Source of the DNA: Dehalococcoidia bacterium
Lineage (GTDB): Bacteria; Chloroflexota; Dehalococcoidia; UBA2979
Length of the DNA stretch: 64,000 bases
Reading direction: 5' to 3'
NCBI GenBank assembly: GCA_020634075.1
Contig: JACKCJ010000013.1
Span: forward strand, 3,298-67,297
A program made the translations under genes and the position numbers. The notes under the pieces were generated by a model. The model made no database searches and was not told the DNA's origin. It saw only the letters and a program-made list of their open reading frames with translations. Shown in pieces: positions 54,468 to 63,984 of this stretch (positions are counted from its first letter, which is position 1; every line of letters begins with the position of its first letter).

Positions 54468-55924
54468 GCGTCACCTCCCTCGGGCGAGGGGGCGTCGGGA
54501 GCGAGGGCTGCGAGCACCATCGGCCCGAGCTCGGTCACGTCGCCGGCGCCGATGGTGAAGAACACGTCCCCGGCGCGGAGGTCGGCGGCGATCCGCTCGG
54601 TCGCCTCCTCGAAGGAGTCGACGTAGATCGGCTGCGGCTTCTCGATCTGGTCCGCGAGGGCGTGCGCGTCCATGCCGCGGTCCGCCGTCTCGCGCGCCTC
54701 GTAGGTGCGGAGGACGTACAGCGCGTCCAGGGACTCGAAGCAGGTCTTGAAGTCGTCCAGCAGGTACTGGCTGCGCGTGTACGTGTGCGGCTGGAAGCAC
54801 GCGACGAGGCGCCGGCCCGGGAAGCGGGCGCGGGCCGCGGACAGCGTCGCGCGCACCTCGGTCGGGTGGTGGGCGTAGTCGTCGATGATCGTGACGATGC
54901 CGCCCTCGACCGCGGGTTCGCCGATCAGCTCGAAGCGCCGCTTCGCGCCCTGGAACTCGGAGGCAGCCTGGGCGGCGCGGTGGAAGTCCACGCCGGCCCG
55001 CATCGACGCCGCGAGCGCGCCGAGGGCGTTCAGCAGGTTGTGGCGGCCCGGCACGCCGAGGGACAGTCGCCCAAGCTCCTGGCCCGAGAGCAGCACGGTG
55101 CAGTCGAGCCCGCCACGGTCGTTGCCGCGCACCTTCGTGGCGCGCCACTCGACGTCGGTGGCGTCGATGCCGTAGCGCTCGACGTGGGCGCCCTCGGCTT
55201 CGCGGGTGCCGGCGATGGATGCGGCCCACGTGTTGTCGGCGCAGGCGATGAGGATGCCGTCCGGCCGGATGCGGCGCGAGAAGGCGAGGAACGCCTGCCC
55301 CAGCCGCTCCGCGGTGCCGTAGTAATCGAGGTGGTCCGCCTCGACGTTGGTGATCAGGCCGATGCGCGGGGAGTACTGGAGGAACGCCTCGGCGTACTCG
55401 TCCGCCTCCACCACGGCGATGCGTCCGGCACCATCACGGGCATTCGCATCGCCGAGGTCGCGCATGTCGCCGCCGATGAGCACCAGCGGGTCCAGCTCAC
55501 CGCGCACGGCCATCAGCGCGACCATCGAGGAGGTCGTGGTCTTGCCGTGCGTCCCGGCGACTGCGATCACATCGCGGTCGGCCAGCAGCTTCTGGACCAT
55601 CTCGGCGCGCGAGATGAGCGGGATGCCCTGGCGCTTCGCCTCGGCGATCTCCGGGTTGTCGTCCTTCGCGGCGGCCGTGGCGACCACCAGCTCGGCGTCC
55701 TGGACGTTCTCGGCGCGGTGCCCCTGGAAGACCCGGCCGCCGAGGGCGACGAGGCGCTCGGTGTGCTCGGACAGCGTGAGGTCGGATCCGGTCACCACGT
55801 GGCCCCGCTGCAGCAGGATCTGGCCGATGCCGGACATGTGGATGCCGCCGGCGCCCACGAGGTGGACCCGGTGCGGGATGCCGTTGCCGTTGCGGCGCTG
55901 CTGGCGAGGCTTGATGCCGATCAC
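54464..55924 (-). CDS. murC: UDP-N-acetylmuramate--L-alanine ligase
   Basis: VHLVGAGGIHMSGIGQIL, VAGTHGKTTTSSM, DDYAHHPTE. Its GTG start overlaps the murG stop. Confidence 0.95.
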   Translation of the reverse strand: MIGIKPRQQRRNGNGIPHRVHLVGAGGIHMSGIGQILLQRGHVVTGSDLTLSEHTERLVALGGRVFQGHRAENVQDAELVVATAAAKDDNPEIAEAKRQGIPLISRAEMVQKLLADRDVIAVAGTHGKTTTSSMVALMAVRGELDPLVLIGGDMRDLGDANARDGAGRIAVVEADEYAEAFLQYSPRIGLITNVEADHLDYYGTAERLGQAFLAFSRRIRPDGILIACADNTWAASIAGTREAEGAHVERYGIDATDVEWRATKVRGNDRGGLDCTVLLSGQELGRLSLGVPGRHNLLNALGALAASMRAGVDFHRAAQAASEFQGAKRRFELIGEPAVEGGIVTIIDDYAHHPTEVRATLSAARARFPGRRLVACFQPHTYTRSQYLLDDFKTCFESLDALYVLRTYEARETADRGMDAHALADQIEKPQPIYVDSFEEATERIAADLRAGDVFFTIGAGDVTELGPMVLAALAPDAPSPEGGDA

Positions 55925-57012
55925 GCGGCTGCCTCCCGTTCCGCCAGCTGGAGCACCAGCTCCGCGAGCCGCTTCGCGGCGTCGGGGCGTCCGATGGCAC
56001 GCATCCGTGCCCGCATCTCCTCGCGGCGTTCGCGGTCCTCGATGAGGCCGAGCACGAGCTGCCGGAGCGCGTCGATCTGGTCCTGCGGCAGGTGCACCGC
56101 CGCGCCGCGCGAGGCGAGGTACTCGGCGTTACGGGACTGGTCGGAGAAGGCGCCCGGGATCGCGACGACCGGGAGGCCACTCGCGGCGAGCTCGCCGAGC
56201 GTCGAAGCACCGGCGCGCATCACGGCGATGTCCGCGGCGGCCATGGCGTAGGCCATCTCCTCCGTGTAGTCGTGCAGGTGGTACCGCTGGCGGTAGCTCT
56301 CGGGGAGGTCCGCCGTCGCCTCGCGCACGCGCTCGAAGTCGCCGCGGCCGGTGACGTGGACGACCTGGGCGACGGTGAGCCACTCGGGCAGCGCGTCGAT
56401 GACCGCCTCGTTGATGGCGCGCGCGCCGAGCGACCCGCCGGCCACGAGGACCGTCGGGAGCTTCGGGTCGAGCTCGAAGCGCACCTGGCCTTCCTCGCGC
56501 GTCGCTTCCGAGAACTGGGCGCGCAGCGGGTAGCCGGTGACCACGGCCTTGCCGGGCGGGAACTCGTCCACCGCGGCGTCGACCGCGCAGGCGACCGTCG
56601 TGGCGTATCGGGCGAGGAACTTCACGGCCCAGCCGGGGTAGGCGTCAGGCAGGAAGACGATGAGCGGGACGCCGGCCTGCTTCGCCGCGCGGCCCACCGG
56701 CGCGGCGGCGTAGCCCCCGGTCGCGAAGAGGGCGCCCGGGCGGTCGGCCTCCAGCCAGCGTCGTGCGGTCCTCGAGCCCTGCCACAGCCGCCAGATGCCC
56801 TTCGCCAGCGCCACCGGCTTGCGGACGCGTACCTGCGAGGCGGGCACGGCGCGGAAGGCGATGCCCTCGCGCTGCGCGATCTCGTGCTCGGCGCCGCGCT
56901 CGGTGCCGTAGTAGGTCAGCTCGACATCCCCGAGGGCGCGCAGCTCCTCGGCCACCGCGATCGCGGGGTACACGTGGCCACCCGTCCCGCCGCCGGCGAG
57001 CGCGATCCTCAT
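55921..57012 (-). CDS. murG: UDP-N-acetylglucosamine--N-acetylmuramyl-(pentapeptide) pyrophosphoryl-undecaprenol GlcNAc transferase
   Basis: MRIALAGGGTGGHVYPAIAVAEEL ... VMRAGASTLGELAASGLP. ATG 57012; the track ORF 55921-58485 is a frame read-through artefact. Confidence 0.95.
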   Translation of the reverse strand: MRIALAGGGTGGHVYPAIAVAEELRALGDVELTYYGTERGAEHEIAQREGIAFRAVPASQVRVRKPVALAKGIWRLWQGSRTARRWLEADRPGALFATGGYAAAPVGRAAKQAGVPLIVFLPDAYPGWAVKFLARYATTVACAVDAAVDEFPPGKAVVTGYPLRAQFSEATREEGQVRFELDPKLPTVLVAGGSLGARAINEAVIDALPEWLTVAQVVHVTGRGDFERVREATADLPESYRQRYHLHDYTEEMAYAMAAADIAVMRAGASTLGELAASGLPVVAIPGAFSDQSRNAEYLASRGAAVHLPQDQIDALRQLVLGLIEDRERREEMRARMRAIGRPDAAKRLAELVLQLAEREAAA

Positions 57013-58307
57013 CGCGAGCCTCCCTGCGCGGGGCGGCTCGAGGTCGGCCGGGCGGCTACCGGGCGAGACGCCGGGGTGCTCGGGCTGCTCGGTCGGCGGA
57101 CGCCGCGCACCTCGGCGGGCTGTTCGCCCTCGGCGGTGACGGTGTAGCGGGAGACGCCCAGGAGGACGCCCATCGCGAAGAACAGCGTGAGGAGGGCGGT
57201 GCCGCCGTACGAGACGAACGGCAGGGGGATGCCGGTCAGCGGCATCAGCCGGAGGACGCCGCCGACGTTGATCAGCATCTGGAAGGCAATCCACGCCCAG
57301 ATGCCCATCGCGATCAGGGAGCCGAACTGGGTGTCGGAGCGGCGCGCGACCAGCAGGATGCGCACGAGCATCACGAGGAACAGCAGCATCACGACGCTGA
57401 CGCCGATGTAGCCGAGCTCCTCGCCGATGATCGCGAGGATGCCGTCCGTGTGAGAACCGGGGACGTAGAAGAACTTCTGGCGCGAGACGCCCAGCCCGAG
57501 CCCGGTGAACCCTCCCGAGCCGAAGGCGACCAGCAGCTGGATGGCGTGGAAGCCCACGCCCGTCGGGTCCGACTCGGCGTCGAGGAACGCGGTGATGCGG
57601 TCCATCCGGTAGCCGCCGGTGAGGATCAGGACGAGCGTCGCGAACATGCCCGTGGCGGCGAGCACCATGACGTGGAACAGCCGCGCGCCGGCGACGAAGA
57701 ACAGCGTGCCGGTGATCGCCGCGACCATGATCGCGGTGCCGAGGTCCGGCTGCGCCATGATCAGCGCGCCGATGAGGCCCACCATGCCGACGAACGGCAG
57801 CACGCCGAGCGAGACGTCGTGGATGACCTCGCCCTTCGCGGAGAGCCACGCGGCCATGTAGACGAGCACGGCGAACTTGGCGAACTCGGACGGCTGCAGC
57901 GGCGGCAGGCCGCTCCCCAGCGAGATCCAGCGCTGCGCGCCGTTCGACTCGTGGCCGATCAGCAGCACCGCCATCAGCCCGACGAGCGAGAAGAGCATCA
58001 GCAGGGGGCTGAGCCCACGCAGCAGGTGATACGGGAACCGCATCGTCACGAACATCACGACGATGCCGACCACCAGGAACGCGCCCTGGCGCTTCACGAA
58101 GTAGTTGGGGTCGTCGAACTGCGCCTCGCCGAGGGCGTAGGACGCCGAGTACACGGCGATGAGCCCGATGACCGCGAGCACGAGGACCGTGGTCAGCAGC
58201 AGGTAGTCGGGCGCGTGGGCGCGCTGCTTCGACGGAGCCTGCTTGCTGCTCACGCTCGGCTTCGCGTTCGTCGCGGGCTTCAGCTTCGACCCGGGGAGGC
58301 GGCTCAT
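57009..58307 (-). CDS. ftsW: SEDS-family peptidoglycan glycosyltransferase FtsW
   Basis: 432 aa from ATG 58307, about 10 TM. QPSEFAKFA, QPDLGTA, GLGLGVSRQKFFYVPGSHTDGIL. ATGA overlaps at both ends. Confidence 0.92.
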   Translation of the reverse strand: MSRLPGSKLKPATNAKPSVSSKQAPSKQRAHAPDYLLLTTVLVLAVIGLIAVYSASYALGEAQFDDPNYFVKRQGAFLVVGIVVMFVTMRFPYHLLRGLSPLLMLFSLVGLMAVLLIGHESNGAQRWISLGSGLPPLQPSEFAKFAVLVYMAAWLSAKGEVIHDVSLGVLPFVGMVGLIGALIMAQPDLGTAIMVAAITGTLFFVAGARLFHVMVLAATGMFATLVLILTGGYRMDRITAFLDAESDPTGVGFHAIQLLVAFGSGGFTGLGLGVSRQKFFYVPGSHTDGILAIIGEELGYIGVSVVMLLFLVMLVRILLVARRSDTQFGSLIAMGIWAWIAFQMLINVGGVLRLMPLTGIPLPFVSYGGTALLTLFFAMGVLLGVSRYTVTAEGEQPAEVRGVRRPSSPSTPASRPVAARPTSSRPAQGGSR

Positions 58308-59683
58308 CGCAGCGCCTCCACCGCCGCGCGGAAGGCGGCGCCCCGGATCTCGAAGTTGCGGTACTGGTCGAACGAGGTGGCTGCCGGCGAGAACAGGACG
58401 ATGTCGCCGTTCCGTGCGAGGCGGTGCGCCGCGCGCACAGCCTCGTCGACGGTCTCGACTTCCTCGACGCTCCCGAGGCCGGCATCTCGCACGGCGCGGG
58501 CGTACATCGGGCCGGACTCGCCGAAGGTCACAACGGCCCGGCAGCGCGTGGCGCACTCGCGCGCCATCTCCTCGACGGGCAGCTGCTTGTCGCGGCCCCC
58601 GAGGAGAAGCACGACCGGCTCCGCAAAGGAGCGGAGGCCCGCCAGCGTGCGCTCCGGGGCGGTCGCGATGGAGTCGTTGATGTAGGTGACGCCCTCGATC
58701 GTCGCGACCGGCTCCAGCCGGTGCGGCACGCCCGTGAACTCGCGCGCGGTCGTGCGCGCCGAGTCGAGCGAGACGCCGAGCTGCGTGGCGACCGCGACGG
58801 CCGAGAGGAAGTTCTCGACGTTGTGATCGCCGCGGAGGGCGAGGTCGTGGCGGTCGATGACGGCCGTCGACGCTCCGCCGCTCACCGTCACGACGGTGTC
58901 GCCCTCGAGCTTCACGCCGTCGCCACTGAGGCCGTCGCCGTCGAGCGTGCCGCGCATGGACGTGCCAACGATCCGCGCGGGCGTCGCGTTGACGAACCCG
59001 TGCGCGACCTGGTTGTCCAGGTTCAGGACGGCGGTGTCCTCGGCGCGTTGGAACTGCACGATCCGGCGCTTCAGGCCGACGTAGTCGTCCCAGGAGAAGC
59101 GGTCGAGGTGGTTCGGCGTCACGTTCGTCACGCAGGCGACGTGAGGGCTCACCTGCACGCGGTCGAGCTGCGTGTGCGACATCTCGACGACCACGCGGGT
59201 GTCGGGCTCGATCTGCGGAAGCAGTGAGAGCAGGCCGATGCCGATGTTGCCGCCCATCACGTGCGGCAGCCCTTCGTCCTGGAGCATCGAAGCGACGAGG
59301 GCCGTCGTCGTGGTCTTGCCGGCTGAGCCGGTGATGCCGGTGACCGGGGCGGGGCAGCGCTCCATGAACAGGCCGAGCATCGTGGACACAGGGACCCCAG
59401 CCTCGGTCGCGGCTGCGACCGCCGGGTTATCGGACGGCACTCCCTGTGAGACGAGCACGACGTCAGCGTTCCTCGCGTCCTCCGGCCGGTTGGCTCCCAG
59501 CGACAGTTGCGCGTCCGTGCCGGCGATGGCCTCGATGGCTTCGCGCAGCTCGTTCTCGTCCCGGCGGTCGGACACGGTCACGCGAGCGCCCTCGGCCGCC
59601 GCGAAGCGGACGAGGTCGATCCCCTCGATCCCGAGCCCGATCACCGTCACACGCGCTCCCCGCAGGTTCTGCGTAACTGTCAT
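58304..59683 (-). CDS. murD: UDP-N-acetylmuramoylalanine--D-glutamate ligase
   Basis: RVTVIGLGIEGIDL, ITGSAGKTTTTAL, and a Mur ligase C-terminal domain. ATG 59683 was chosen, although I see no obvious SD. Confidence 0.93.
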   Translation of the reverse strand: MTVTQNLRGARVTVIGLGIEGIDLVRFAAAEGARVTVSDRRDENELREAIEAIAGTDAQLSLGANRPEDARNADVVLVSQGVPSDNPAVAAATEAGVPVSTMLGLFMERCPAPVTGITGSAGKTTTTALVASMLQDEGLPHVMGGNIGIGLLSLLPQIEPDTRVVVEMSHTQLDRVQVSPHVACVTNVTPNHLDRFSWDDYVGLKRRIVQFQRAEDTAVLNLDNQVAHGFVNATPARIVGTSMRGTLDGDGLSGDGVKLEGDTVVTVSGGASTAVIDRHDLALRGDHNVENFLSAVAVATQLGVSLDSARTTAREFTGVPHRLEPVATIEGVTYINDSIATAPERTLAGLRSFAEPVVLLLGGRDKQLPVEEMARECATRCRAVVTFGESGPMYARAVRDAGLGSVEEVETVDEAVRAAHRLARNGDIVLFSPAATSFDQYRNFEIRGAAFRAAVEALR

Positions 59684-59828
59684 AGCGGGTAAGCCGAATT
59701 TATCAACACGGTATAGCACACCCGTGCGTCCGCAAACAGCACCCGTCCGCGCGTAAACGTCGAGGACCTTCGGGCGAACCTCGGCAGCGCTGCCGTATTC
59801 GCGATCCGAGCTGCGCGGTTTGCACAGG

Positions 59829-60815
59829 TCATACGGACAGCGCCAATGCGACGCCGACCATCGCGGAGGCGATGCCGACGAGGTACAGCCGCATCACCAC
59901 CTGGGGCTCCGACCAGCCGATCAGCTCGAGGTGGTGATGGAGCGGCGCCTTCCGGAAGAGGCGGCGGCCGCCGGAGGTCTTGAAGTAGGCGACCTGGAGC
60001 ACGTCCGACATCGCCTCCGCGACGAAGACCGCGCCGATCACGGGCAGGAGCAGCCAGTGGCCGGTCATCAGGCCCACCGTCGCCAGGGCGGCTCCCAGCG
60101 GGAGCGCGCCGGTGTCGCCCATGAAGACGGACGCGGGGTGGGCGTTGAACCAGAGGAAGCCGAGCAGGGCGCCGACCACGGTGAAGCAGAACACCGCGAG
60201 GAAGTCCTGGCCCTGCCAGAACGCGATCACGCCGTAGGCGCCGAAGGCGAACGCGGCGAGTCCGCCGAGCAGGCCGTCCAGGCCATCGGTGACGGCGACG
60301 GCCGTGGTGCCGGCGAAGACGACCACGAACGCGATCAGGATGTAGACATAACCGAGGTCGAACTGGCCGGCCCACGGGATGTTGATGCTTTGTGCATCGA
60401 GGCCCCAGTACATCGTCCCGGCCACCACGGCCGCGAGGATCGCGATGAGCACGAACTTCAGCCGCCACGTCAGGCCGCGGTAGGGCCCGCCGACCAGCGA
60501 GCCGAGGTCGTCCCAGTAGCCGACGAGCGTCATCGAGATGACCACGGCGGTGGGGAGGAGCATCGAGCGGCGCTCGAAGACGATGCTCCCGTCGCGCCAC
60601 TCGAACATGTTCGTGAGCAGGGTGACCACGGCGACGGTCGCCCAGATGAAGATGCCGCCCATCGTCGGCGTGCCGGCCTTGATCATGTGGGAGGACGGCT
60701 GGTCCTCCGAGATCGCCTTGCCGACCTTCTTCGAGCGCAGCCACGCCACGGTCGGCTTCCCGAGGGCGAGCGCGAGCAGGAAGGCGCCTCCGCCGGACAG
60801 CAGGGCTTCGATCAT
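59829..60815 (-). CDS. mraY: phospho-N-acetylmuramoyl-pentapeptide transferase
   Basis: MIEALLSGGGAFLL..., GTPTMGG, DGLDGL, FMGDTGALPLGAAL, APLHHHLE. ATG 60815 overlaps the murF stop. Confidence 0.95.
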   Translation of the reverse strand: MIEALLSGGGAFLLALALGKPTVAWLRSKKVGKAISEDQPSSHMIKAGTPTMGGIFIWATVAVVTLLTNMFEWRDGSIVFERRSMLLPTAVVISMTLVGYWDDLGSLVGGPYRGLTWRLKFVLIAILAAVVAGTMYWGLDAQSINIPWAGQFDLGYVYILIAFVVVFAGTTAVAVTDGLDGLLGGLAAFAFGAYGVIAFWQGQDFLAVFCFTVVGALLGFLWFNAHPASVFMGDTGALPLGAALATVGLMTGHWLLLPVIGAVFVAEAMSDVLQVAYFKTSGGRRLFRKAPLHHHLELIGWSEPQVVMRLYLVGIASAMVGVALALSV

Positions 60816-62251
60816 GACTCGGTCTCCCTCGCGGACTCGCCCCCCGGCGCTGTCGTCGCTGCCTCGGACTCGGCCTCGAACGTCGCGACGACGGACTCCA
60901 GGCCGAGGGCGTGCGAGCCCTTGATGAGCACCGCGTCGCCGGGACGCACGAGGGCGTGCAGGAGCGCCGCGGCCTCCTCGCGGGAGGAGGCGTGATGGAC
61001 CTCGCCGTGGCCGGTCCGCTGCGCGGTCGTGCCGAGGAGTCGCGCGTTGTCGCCCAGCGTCACGAGCGCGTCGAGGACCTCGCCGGCGCGTTCGCCGACG
61101 CGCTCGTGCTCGTACCGGGATGCGTCGCCCAGCTCGAGCATGTCGCCCAGCAGCGCGACGTGGCGCCCCGGCATCTCGTCGAGGAGGTCGAGCGCGGCCA
61201 GCATCGAGGCGGGCTGCGCGTTGTAGGTGTCGTCCACGATGCGTGTGCCGTCCGCGAGGGGGACGACGCGCATCCGGGTGGGCACATCGAGCGCTTCGAT
61301 CGCCTCGGCGACCGCGCGGAGCGACATGCCGTCCGCGAGCCCCGCCGCGGCAGCGGCGAGGACATTCGAGACGAGGTGCGCGCCGGGCAGCCGCACGTGC
61401 AGCCGCCGCGATTCGCCTCGGAACTCCAGCGTGAAGCGGAAGCCCTCGGCGCCCAGCGATTCCACGTCGCTGCCGCGCACATCGGCGCCGGCGCCGAGGC
61501 CGAACCAGACGACCTTCGCCTTCGTGTGGGACGCCATCGCCTTCACGAGCGGGTCGTCGATGTTCAGGACGGCGAAGCCGTCCGCCGGCAGGGCATCGGG
61601 CAGCTCGCGCTTGGCGAGCGCGATCGCTTCGATCGAGCCGGCGCGCTCGAGGTGCGTCGGGCCGACGTTCAGCACGATGCCCGTCCGCGGCTTCGCCCAG
61701 CGGCAGAGCGTGGCGATCTCGCCGCGCGTGTACATGCCCATCTCGATGACGGCGCGCTGCGTGCCGGGCCGCAGCTCGATCAGGCAGAGCGGCACCGAGA
61801 TCTCGTTGTTGTAGTTGAGCGGGTTGGCCTGCACGCGGAATCCGCGGCCGAGCACGGCGGCGGTGATCGCCTTCGTGGTGGTCTTGCCGACCGAGCCGGT
61901 GATGCCCACCACCTCGAGGTCGGGCAGGGCGTCGCGCCACGCGACGCCGAGCGCCTGAAGTGAGGCAAGCGTGTCGTCCACGAGGAACACCGGGACGCCC
62001 TCGACATCGGGCAGATCACGGCTGGCCAGGACGCCGCGAGCCCCGGCGGCGACGGCCGTCGCGGCGTAGTCGTGGCCGTCGACACGCTCGCCCGGCAGGG
62101 CGACGAACAGGTCGCCCGGAGCCGTCTGTCGCGAGTCGATCACGGCGCGCGTGAACTCGTCGTTGTGGACAGTTGAAGGATCCACCGGACGCCTCAACCG
62201 CGGCCCCAGGGCCGCGGTGATGAATTCGACGTCGAAGCGGGGCGCGCTCAT
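60812..62251 (-). CDS. murF: UDP-N-acetylmuramoyl-tripeptide--D-alanyl-D-alanine ligase
   Basis: DSRQTAPGDLFVALPGERVDGHDY, GITGSVGKTTTKA, YNNEISVPLCL, and VLIKGSHALGLESVV, which is a MurF rather than a MurE signature. Confidence 0.93.
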   Translation of the reverse strand: MSAPRFDVEFITAALGPRLRRPVDPSTVHNDEFTRAVIDSRQTAPGDLFVALPGERVDGHDYAATAVAAGARGVLASRDLPDVEGVPVFLVDDTLASLQALGVAWRDALPDLEVVGITGSVGKTTTKAITAAVLGRGFRVQANPLNYNNEISVPLCLIELRPGTQRAVIEMGMYTRGEIATLCRWAKPRTGIVLNVGPTHLERAGSIEAIALAKRELPDALPADGFAVLNIDDPLVKAMASHTKAKVVWFGLGAGADVRGSDVESLGAEGFRFTLEFRGESRRLHVRLPGAHLVSNVLAAAAAGLADGMSLRAVAEAIEALDVPTRMRVVPLADGTRIVDDTYNAQPASMLAALDLLDEMPGRHVALLGDMLELGDASRYEHERVGERAGEVLDALVTLGDNARLLGTTAQRTGHGEVHHASSREEAAALLHALVRPGDAVLIKGSHALGLESVVATFEAESEAATTAPGGESARETES

Positions 62252-63984
62252 GGTTGCGACACCAGTGGGTCGCTGGGCGGGACGCGCAGGTAGTCCATGA
62301 TCTTCGCGGCGAGGTCAGAGAAGACCGGCGCGGCGACCTGGCCGCCGAGGTTCAACCCGCCGCTGGGCTGGTCGATCTTCACGAGCACGGAGATCTTCGG
62401 GTCGTTGTAGGGGATGAAGCCCGCGAACGATGCGATCGTGGAGTCGATGTCGTAGCCGGTGGGGATGGAGACGAGCGTCGTGCCGGTCTTGCCGGCGACT
62501 TCGTAGCCCGGGACCTGCGCGCCGTGGCCCCACGGCTGGCCCTCGACGACGTCGTGCATGAGGTCGTAGACGGTGCGCGCGGTCTCCTCGGTGACCACGC
62601 GACGCACCTCCACCGGCTCGTACGTGCGGACGTCGGTCGGCGTCACGACCTTGGAGACGATGTACGGGCGCATGAGGACCCCGCCGTTGGCGAACGTGTT
62701 CACCGCGGTCAGCATCTGCAGCGGCGTGACCGCGAGGCCCTGGCCGTAGGAGTTCGTCGCGAGGTCGACCGGGTACCAGTCCGGGCTCGCCGGGGTCCGG
62801 TACGTGCCTTCGCCCTCGCCGGACAGGCCGACGTGCGTCTGCTCGCCCAGGCCGAACTTCGCGAGGTACTTGTAGAAGTCGTCGGGGCCCACCATGTCCG
62901 CGAGCCACACCGAGCCGGTGTTCAGCGACGCCTGGAGGTACTCGCGGACGGTCGTGAGGCCGTGCGCGCTGAGGTCCCAGTTGCGGATCGTGTAACCGCC
63001 GTACTCGACGGCGCCGGTGTCGTCGTACGTGCTCTCCGGACCGACGAGCCCGAGGTCGATCGCGGTGGCCGTCGTGAGCGTCTTCAGGACGGAGCCCGGC
63101 TCGTAGAGGTCGGTCACCGCGTGGTTCTTCACCAGTTGGTCGAGGTTGGGGTCGTTGAGGTCGACGTGGTCGAGATCGACCGACGGGCTCGACGCCATCG
63201 CGAGGACCTCGCCGGTGTGCGGGTCCATGACGATGATCGAGCCGGACCGCGCGTTGTACTTCTCCAGCGCGGTCTTGAGCGCGTCCTCGACGATCGCCTG
63301 GATGAAGCGGTCGATGGTGAGCTGCACCTCGCCGCCGCTGATCGGCTCCTTGTAGTTCTGGCGGCTGAACGCGATCGGCCGGCCGAGGGCGTCCCGCTCC
63401 ATCGTCGTCCAGCCATCGTGGCCCTCGAGCGTGGAGTCGAAGTCGGACTCGATGCCCCACAGCCCCACGCCGTCGCGGCCCACGTAGCCGACGAGCGAGC
63501 CCGCGAGGTCGCCCTCCGGGTAGATGCGCTTCGAGGACGGCAGCAGGCGGACGCCCCAGAGGTCGAGGTCGTCCAGCACGAGGCCGCGCTCGTAGTCGAG
63601 CTGCCGGACGACGAGCGAGTCGCCGGTGTCGTACTCGGTGCCCGCGTCGAAGAGGTCGCCCGGGCTCATGCCGAGGAAGTCCGCGAGGCCGCTGGCGGAG
63701 CGGAGCGCCTTCTCACGGTCACGCCACAGGAAGCGGTCGATGTAGACATCCCACGTGTCCACCGAGGTGGCGAGCGGGTAGCCGGTCTTGTCGAGGATCG
63801 CGCCGCGCGGGGCCGGCAGTGTCGCCGCGCCCTGGCGGGTGGCGGCCGCCTGCTCCAGGTAGCCCTCGTGGTTGAGGATCTGCACCTGGTAGAGCCGCAC
63901 CATGACCGCGAGGATCGAGAGCAGCACGAGGCCGGCGAGCGTCCAGTGACGCCACGTGAGCTGATCCGTGCGCTTGCTCGTCAC
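62248..63984 (-). CDS. ftsI: class B penicillin-binding protein / peptidoglycan D,D-transpeptidase FtsI
   Basis: 578 aa. N-terminal TM, PBP dimerisation region, then GSVLKT (SxxK), SLNTG (SxN) and KTGTT (KTG). GTG start after GGGTGAGGG. Confidence 0.9.
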   Translation of the reverse strand: MTSKRTDQLTWRHWTLAGLVLLSILAVMVRLYQVQILNHEGYLEQAAATRQGAATLPAPRGAILDKTGYPLATSVDTWDVYIDRFLWRDREKALRSASGLADFLGMSPGDLFDAGTEYDTGDSLVVRQLDYERGLVLDDLDLWGVRLLPSSKRIYPEGDLAGSLVGYVGRDGVGLWGIESDFDSTLEGHDGWTTMERDALGRPIAFSRQNYKEPISGGEVQLTIDRFIQAIVEDALKTALEKYNARSGSIIVMDPHTGEVLAMASSPSVDLDHVDLNDPNLDQLVKNHAVTDLYEPGSVLKTLTTATAIDLGLVGPESTYDDTGAVEYGGYTIRNWDLSAHGLTTVREYLQASLNTGSVWLADMVGPDDFYKYLAKFGLGEQTHVGLSGEGEGTYRTPASPDWYPVDLATNSYGQGLAVTPLQMLTAVNTFANGGVLMRPYIVSKVVTPTDVRTYEPVEVRRVVTEETARTVYDLMHDVVEGQPWGHGAQVPGYEVAGKTGTTLVSIPTGYDIDSTIASFAGFIPYNDPKISVLVKIDQPSGGLNLGGQVAAPVFSDLAAKIMDYLRVPPSDPLVSQP

